Position numbers and translations under genes: made by a program. DNA of 63,235 bases, the filler included. It is 4 parts of 4 records of this genome, joined end to end, with 100 filler letters (N's around TTAATTAATTAA, not from the genome) between each part and the next. Parts side by side here need not be neighbours in the genome. Positions count along the whole stretch, not along the records: positions 48,582 to 63,235 come from SRR31156797_30357; 3 more parts are not named here. One strand, written 5' to 3'. Shown one piece after another: positions 58,182 to 63,235 of the stretch (its first letter is position 1; every line of letters starts with the position of its first letter). Under the pieces are notes generated by a model, which was given only the letters and a program-made list of their open reading frames with translations, was not told where the DNA came from and did not search any database.

Positions 58182-59570
58182 ATGACAACCATGGATGAAA
58201 AACTGGAAAAGGCCATTGTTGATATTGTGGGAAAAGATAACTTCACCAGGAAACTCATTGATCTCGTGTCATATGCCTGCGATGCATCGGAGCACAATTA
58301 TCGACCGCTATGCGCCGTGTTCCCGGAGACCCCGGAACAGATCTCCCACATCATGAAACTGGCCAATGGGGATAAAATTCCCGTCACGCCCCGTGGCGCC
58401 GGAACGGGGCTCTCCGGCATGGCGGTCCCCGTCAGGGGCGGCATTGTCCTGGATCTCTCCCGGATGAACCGGATTTTAAAAATCAGCATCGAGGACCGCC
58501 TGGCGGTGGTACAACCGGGAGTGATCTATGCAGACCTTGAAAAGGCCCTCGCCCTCAAAGGGTTTTTCTTCCCACCCGATCCCGCCAGCGGCAAGGTGAG
58601 CACCCTGGGCGGGAACGTTGCCACCAATGCGGGAGGGCTCAAAGGAGCCAAATACGGGACCACCCGGGACTATGTGCTGGGCCTTCAGGTGGTACTGCCG
58701 GACGGAAGGATCATGAGAACCGGTTCAAAGGCCATGAAAAGCGTTTCGGGCTATGATCTGACCCGGCTTTTCGTGGGAAGCGAGGGAACCCTGGGCATTG
58801 TCACTGAAATCATTTTCAAGATCAATCCCAGACCCACGGCCACCAGTACGGCGCTTGCCACCTTTGACAACCTGGAGGATACGGGAAATGCCATCAACCA
58901 GATCATGCACAGCGGCATCATTCCCAGCGCCCTGGAAATTCTGGGGCGGGAAACCCTTTTGGCCATCAACCAGAACACGGATCTCAATCTGCCCGAGGTG
59001 GAGGCCATGCTCCTGGTGGAGGCCGACGGCTACACGAAAGAAGAAACCGAGTACCAGATCGAAAAGGTCATCGGAATCTTTGAGGCCAATCACCCCCGGG
59101 AAGTAAAACAAGCCAAAACCGAAGCGGAGGTGAAAGACCTCTGGGCGGCCCGGAAATCCGCCTACCCGGTCCTTTCCCGGATCAGGCCCAACTCCGTGCT
59201 GGAAGACGTGACCGTCCCCATGACCCACATTGCCGAACTCTTGAAAGGCGTTCAAGATATTTCCAGGAAACACGACATCCCGATCGCCACATTCGGTCAT
59301 GCGGGCGACGGAAACCTTCACCCCCAGATTCTCTATGACGGATATGATCCCGTTCAGGTGGAAAAAAAGGAAAAGGCCATCAGGGATCTCTTTGAGCTGG
59401 CCATTGGTCTGGACGGGACCCTTACGGGCGAACACGGCATCGGTCTTTCCAAAGCACCTTTCATGACCCTGGAACATGATCCGGTGGCCATGGAGATGAT
59501 GCGCACCCTGAAAAAAACCTTTGATCCCAACAACATCCTGAATCCCGGAAAAATGGCGCTGGAGGGTTGA
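58182..59570 (+). CDS. glcD: FAD-linked 2-hydroxyacid dehydrogenase subunit (GlcD / D-LDH-like)
   Basis: PRGAGTG, FPPDPAS, TLGGN.ATNAGG, GSEGTLG, FGHAGDGNLH, GEHGIG, NPGK. Confidence 0.85.
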   Translation: MTTMDEKLEKAIVDIVGKDNFTRKLIDLVSYACDASEHNYRPLCAVFPETPEQISHIMKLANGDKIPVTPRGAGTGLSGMAVPVRGGIVLDLSRMNRILKISIEDRLAVVQPGVIYADLEKALALKGFFFPPDPASGKVSTLGGNVATNAGGLKGAKYGTTRDYVLGLQVVLPDGRIMRTGSKAMKSVSGYDLTRLFVGSEGTLGIVTEIIFKINPRPTATSTALATFDNLEDTGNAINQIMHSGIIPSALEILGRETLLAINQNTDLNLPEVEAMLLVEADGYTKEETEYQIEKVIGIFEANHPREVKQAKTEAEVKDLWAARKSAYPVLSRIRPNSVLEDVTVPMTHIAELLKGVQDISRKHDIPIATFGHAGDGNLHPQILYDGYDPVQVEKKEKAIRDLFELAIGLDGTLTGEHGIGLSKAPFMTLEHDPVAMEMMRTLKKTFDPNNILNPGKMALEG

Positions 59571-60676
59571 AAATGGACACCCAATACGAGTTTGAAAAAA
59601 AATTCCGCGAACAAATCCTGCAATGCTCCCGATGCGGGTTCTGCCAGGCGGTTTGCCCGGTCTATGGGGCCACCCTCAGGCCGGGGTTGAATGCCCGCGG
59701 CAAAATGCTCCTTTTAAAAGAAGTCATGGACGGCCATATTGAGCTGAACGATCAATTGACCGAAAGCCTGTTCCAGTGCACCACCTGCGCCGGCTGTTTT
59801 GAAAACTGCCCCAGCGGTGTCCGGGTTCCCGACATCATCAAGCAGGCCAGAAAAGATATGGTGAACGTGGGCTCATGCCACCCCGCCTTTGAAGGGATGC
59901 ACAAGGTCCTTCAAAAACAGACCAACATCTATGGGGAAGAGGAGCCCGAGGATTTCGAAAGGGAGCGGAACCAAAAAGCGGCCCATGTGTATTTCATCGG
60001 GTGTGTGGGATCCTACCGGGAGGATGAAGCCACCCTGGAAACCCTGGCGCTCCTGGATAAACTCAAGGTGGATTTCACCCTGATTGATGAAGTGTGCTGC
60101 AGCGGCGTGCTGGAGGACGTGGGGTATGACCTAAACCCGGATCTTGCCCGAAAAAACATGGACCTTATTGATGATACGGGGGCCAAAACGGTCATCACCG
60201 GCTGCCCCTACTGTTTTCGAACCTTCAACAACAAGCCCCAGTATGCCGAGCTGAAGGATAAGGGGATCAAAGTAGTTCATATTACCCAGTTTTTGCAGGA
60301 TTTCGAGTTCCCCGTCCGAACAGACCTTCGGGTGACCTACCACGACCCCTGCGACCTGGGACGACACTGCGGTATTTATGAGGAACCGCGAAACACCATC
60401 GGGAAGATTGCGCCCAACTTTATGGAAATGCCGGATAATCGTGAAGGGGCCCTCTGCTGCGGTGCCGGGGGCGGCGTCAGAGGCGCCTTTGCCAAGAACT
60501 CCATTGCCATGGCGCGCCGCAGGCTTGGGCAAGCGGAAGAAGTGGGCGCTGAAATCGTTTTGACCGAATGCAACTCCTGCGTGCATAACCTGAGTAATGC
60601 CAAACTGCGAAAGCAGAAATTCAAGATTTACAACACAACCCAGTTCATTAACCAGTTGCTGGAAGGAACAGAATAA
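59567..60676 (+). CDS. Fe-S protein with 2x[4Fe-4S] and two CCG domains (GlcF-like)
   Basis: CSRCGFC..CP, CTTCAGC..CP, IGC..VCCS..CPYC, YHDPC..CCG..CNSC; 4-nt overlap with glcD. Confidence 0.88.
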   Translation: MKMDTQYEFEKKFREQILQCSRCGFCQAVCPVYGATLRPGLNARGKMLLLKEVMDGHIELNDQLTESLFQCTTCAGCFENCPSGVRVPDIIKQARKDMVNVGSCHPAFEGMHKVLQKQTNIYGEEEPEDFERERNQKAAHVYFIGCVGSYREDEATLETLALLDKLKVDFTLIDEVCCSGVLEDVGYDLNPDLARKNMDLIDDTGAKTVITGCPYCFRTFNNKPQYAELKDKGIKVVHITQFLQDFEFPVRTDLRVTYHDPCDLGRHCGIYEEPRNTIGKIAPNFMEMPDNREGALCCGAGGGVRGAFAKNSIAMARRRLGQAEEVGAEIVLTECNSCVHNLSNAKLRKQKFKIYNTTQFINQLLEGTE

Positions 60677-60701
60677 AAAAGTCAGATTGGGAGGATAAAC
60701 A

Positions 60702-61124
60702 ATGAAAATTGAACAATACAACATGCCGGACGACCTTTATTATGAAGAGAACCACTTCTGGGTGAAAGAGGAAGGGGATCTTCTGGTCATGGGGATGGAT
60801 GATTTTGCCCAGACCATGGCCGGGGAAGTGGTTTATGTTCAGCTTCCGGACGACGGCAAAAAGCTGAAACTGGGGAAGAAATTCGCCAAGATCGAATCGG
60901 GGAAATGGCTGGGGAAAGTCTATGCACCCGTGAACGGCGTGCTCCACAGTGTCAACGAAGAGTTGGAAACCAACCCCGGACTCATCAACGACGACTGCTA
61001 CGGCAAGGGATGGCTCTACAAGATCAAGCCCAGCGACAAGAGCGAGCTGGAAAACCTGATCAAGGGAGAAGAGGCGGTTACCCAATGGGTACTGGCTGAT
61101 ATTGAAAAATATGCCGAAGAATAG
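60702..61124 (+). CDS. gcvH: Lipoyl-carrier protein, GcvH-like with an LbpA-type ESGKW motif
   Basis: GGAGG RBS; LYY..NHFWV, GMDDFAQ..AG, IESGKW (lipoyl-Lys), YAPV.G, N..L..NP..IN.D.YG.GW. Confidence 0.85.
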   Translation: MKIEQYNMPDDLYYEENHFWVKEEGDLLVMGMDDFAQTMAGEVVYVQLPDDGKKLKLGKKFAKIESGKWLGKVYAPVNGVLHSVNEELETNPGLINDDCYGKGWLYKIKPSDKSELENLIKGEEAVTQWVLADIEKYAEE

Positions 61125-61182
61125 ACTCGGGACGGAAAGCAGAGGTGACTTGGATGTTGACCTTTAACCCATCATTTTGAAT

Positions 61183-62385
61183 ATGGCTGAGAACCGGGAA
61201 TACAACGTCAGGCAACTCCTGGAGATGGGGGCCTGTACCAATTGCCAGGCATGCATTGATGTGTGCCCGGCGGTTTGTGCGGCATCCGACGGTGAACTGT
61301 CCGCCGTCTACCGCATGAAGGGCCTTCAAAAGATCCTGAAACAGCGCACCGGGCTCTTCAGGAGACTGTTCAGGAAAAAGCCCCCCACCCAGGAGGATCT
61401 GAAACACTTCAGCGATACGGTATTTCGCTGCACCCTGTGCGGGAACTGCCAGGAAATCTGTCCCGTGGGCATCCATCTGAAAGATTTGTGGCTTTCCCTG
61501 CGCCAGGACATGGTCCATTCCAAAAGCTACCCCAAGAAAATCAATATGATCCGGGATAACCTGGCGGAAGACCACAATGTGTTTGCCGAAGATAATGAAG
61601 AACGGGCCGAATGGGTGGAGGATATGCGGGATGCGCCCGATGACGGCTACATGAAGGATCAATCGGAAGTCGTCTATTTTACGGGCTGCACGGCCGCCTA
61701 TTTTCCCCTGGTTCAGAAAATCCCCATGGCCCTGGCGGAAATTTTTGACCGCAGCCGGGTGGATTTCACCCTTTTGGGGGAAGAGGAGTGGTGCTGCGGC
61801 TTTCCCATGCTGGGGGCCGGCCTGGGGGAGATGTTTCAGGAGTTCATGGAACATAACCTGGAAGCGGTTCGAGAAAAGAGCGCCAAAGAAATCGTCTTCT
61901 CCTGCCCGTCCTGCTACCACATGTGGCGGGAGCACTACCCCCGGGAATTCAGGATTTCCCATGCCACCGGATTTTTGCTGAACCTGCTCAAAAAGGGCCG
62001 GATACCCCTTCGGGAACTCCCCTTAACCGTCACCTACCACGACCCCTGCGATCTGGGACGCGGTTCCCGCGTATTTGACGAACCGAGAGAAATTATTCGG
62101 TCCATCCCGGGAGTTCAATTCGTGGAACTTCCCAATACACGGGAAAACTGCCGGTGCTGCGGCGGCGGCGGCAACCTGGAAATGGTGGATGCCAAACTCT
62201 CGGCGGAGATTTCAAAACGCAAAATCCGGGAAGTCCTGGATACGGGCGCCCAGGCCGTTGTCACCTCCTGCCAACAGTGCGTCCGCACCATGACCACCCA
62301 TGTGCGTCGAAACAAGGTGGACTTGCAGGTGCTGGATATTACCCAGCTGGTGCGGAAGGCCCTGAAACCGGAAAATTCAAAATAA
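61183..62385 (+). CDS. HdrD-like Fe-S protein (2x[4Fe-4S] and two CCG domains)
   Basis: CTNCQAC..CP, CTLCGNC..CP, FTGC..WCCG..CPSC, YHDPC..CCGGGG..CQQC. Confidence 0.88.
   Translation: MAENREYNVRQLLEMGACTNCQACIDVCPAVCAASDGELSAVYRMKGLQKILKQRTGLFRRLFRKKPPTQEDLKHFSDTVFRCTLCGNCQEICPVGIHLKDLWLSLRQDMVHSKSYPKKINMIRDNLAEDHNVFAEDNEERAEWVEDMRDAPDDGYMKDQSEVVYFTGCTAAYFPLVQKIPMALAEIFDRSRVDFTLLGEEEWCCGFPMLGAGLGEMFQEFMEHNLEAVREKSAKEIVFSCPSCYHMWREHYPREFRISHATGFLLNLLKKGRIPLRELPLTVTYHDPCDLGRGSRVFDEPREIIRSIPGVQFVELPNTRENCRCCGGGGNLEMVDAKLSAEISKRKIREVLDTGAQAVVTSCQQCVRTMTTHVRRNKVDLQVLDITQLVRKALKPENSK
62245..62295 (+). repeat. Direct repeat copy 1, inside the hdrD-like gene
   Basis: 50 of 51 nt identical to 63185-63235. 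Confidence 0.9.
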
Positions 62386-62491
62386 GCAGAAGCCAAAAAA
62401 CATGAAAACCGCCGTTTTTTGCCACCGGATTCATTTTTAATTAAGGACAATGAATGTGGTTTCGAGTGATTGCGGCAACTCGCAACATAAG

Positions 62492-62899
62492 TCAAGTTCT
62501 CGGGCTATGAAGTTTGATGGGCCAAACATCGCTAAAATTATAAAAATCTTTATCCGTAGTAAAAATTGGCATGTGGCGTCTCGTTGATATTGCACAAATA
62601 AGAAAATCCGTATTTGATCCCTGAATCCCTTTTTTTCTTGCCGTGTTAAAATATTCCGCCGCCAACTCGTAATCTTCTCGTTCCAATACAAGATCATCAA
62701 AGGCTGCGAGGTGACTTCTTAGCAGATTAAATTGATTTTTTGATTTAATTCCACTGAGGAGTTCCTGTCGTACCGGGCCTATGAGCTGAACACGCACCTC
62801 TTTTATTAATTCCCTTAATTCCTCTATGTATTCATTGTGTTGTGGCTCTTTTCGTCTCAATGCCAGAGACCAAACACAAGTGTCGATGATGATTTTCAT
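62492..62899 (-). CDS. vapC: PIN-domain toxin (VapC)
   Basis: IIDTCVW, QELL.G, TDFLI, FTTDKDF; ATGA overlap with the antitoxin. Confidence 0.9.
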   Translation of the reverse strand: MKIIIDTCVWSLALRRKEPQHNEYIEELRELIKEVRVQLIGPVRQELLSGIKSKNQFNLLRSHLAAFDDLVLEREDYELAAEYFNTARKKGIQGSNTDFLICAISTRRHMPIFTTDKDFYNFSDVWPIKLHSPRT

Positions 62900-63096
62900 T
62901 CCACAGCTCTTTGTTTCTTGTGGTCATAATCTTCATAATACTCTATTTTGTTGAAAACATTTAGTATTTCAGCCTGTTTTCTCCGTTGAATGTATTCTTC
63001 CAAGGCTTCGGTAACAACTCCCTTTTTGGTGCGATGTTTTCCGATTGCTTTTGCTTCTTCAACCAGCCGGTCGTCGATTGCGAGATTGGTGGCCAT
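62896..63096 (-). CDS. vapB: VapB-family (DUF2191-like) antitoxin
   Basis: MATNLAIDD.L..EA...G...TK...V..AL.EY; AGGAGG RBS. Confidence 0.88.
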   Translation of the reverse strand: MATNLAIDDRLVEEAKAIGKHRTKKGVVTEALEEYIQRRKQAEILNVFNKIEYYEDYDHKKQRAVE

Positions 63097-63113
63097 TATG
63101 CACCTCCTGTATT

Positions 63114-63152
63114 TTTACACATAATAATAGTGTTTTTAATGTGTAAAGTAAA
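63114..63152 (-). promoter_or_regulatory. vapBC promoter with autoregulatory palindrome
   Basis: TTTACACAT-N16-ATGTGTAAA overlapping minus-strand TTTACT-17-TATTAT. Confidence 0.65.
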
Positions 63153-63184
63153 CTGGAAATCCTTAATGAAAATCTCAAAGCACC

Positions 63185-63235
63185 GGCGCCCAGGCCGTTG
63201 TCACCTCCTGCCAGCAGTGCGTCCGCACCATGACC
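63185..63235 (+). repeat. Direct repeat copy 2 (orphan hdrD-like fragment, runs off the window end)
   Basis: Encodes GAQAVVTSCQQCVRTMT; differs from copy 1 by a synonymous CAA>CAG. Confidence 0.9.

Overview
The window is four unrelated contigs joined by artificial 100-nt linkers (N44-TTAATTAATTAA-N44 at 5820-5919, 36412-36511 and 48482-48581), so gene adjacency across the linkers carries no meaning. All four look like sulfate-reducing Desulfobacterota. (1) 1-5819: a secreted metallophosphoesterase is transcribed divergently from a lipoprotein with an apparently inactive phosphatase domain, TPRs and membrane helices. An 11-bp-phased Pho-box-like array lies between them. (2) 5920-36411: Maridesulfovibrio-like core genome (groEL end, purL, mqnB/ubiE, cytochrome c3, cobJ/cbiG/hemL/ahbB, nrfHA, gpsA, cheV, acyl-CoA ligase). 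It also carries a probable type III secretion effector with a truncated chaperone and a sigma54 promoter, and an acidic PopZ/RomR-like scaffold protein. (3) 36512-48481: a c-di-GMP-I riboswitch precedes a decayed nucleotide cyclase fragment and a PAS/GAF sensor. A sigma54-driven operon encodes a family III CoA-transferase, a TRAP transporter and a split three-subunit biotin-dependent 2-oxoacid carboxylase. (4) 48582-63235: a GntR/FadR-controlled hydroxyacid locus. One arm is SDR-TRAP-acyl-CoA synthetase. The other is larA, an 11-heme cytochrome c/NarI-type membrane protein, GlcD, GlcF, a lipoyl-carrier GcvH/LbpA-like protein and an HdrD-like protein. This second arm is the best candidate for an undescribed system: a lipoate-shuttled 2-hydroxyacid respiratory chain. 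A vapBC module follows, flanked by a duplicated piece of the hdrD-like gene. All calls come from reading motifs by eye; no database search or folding was run.
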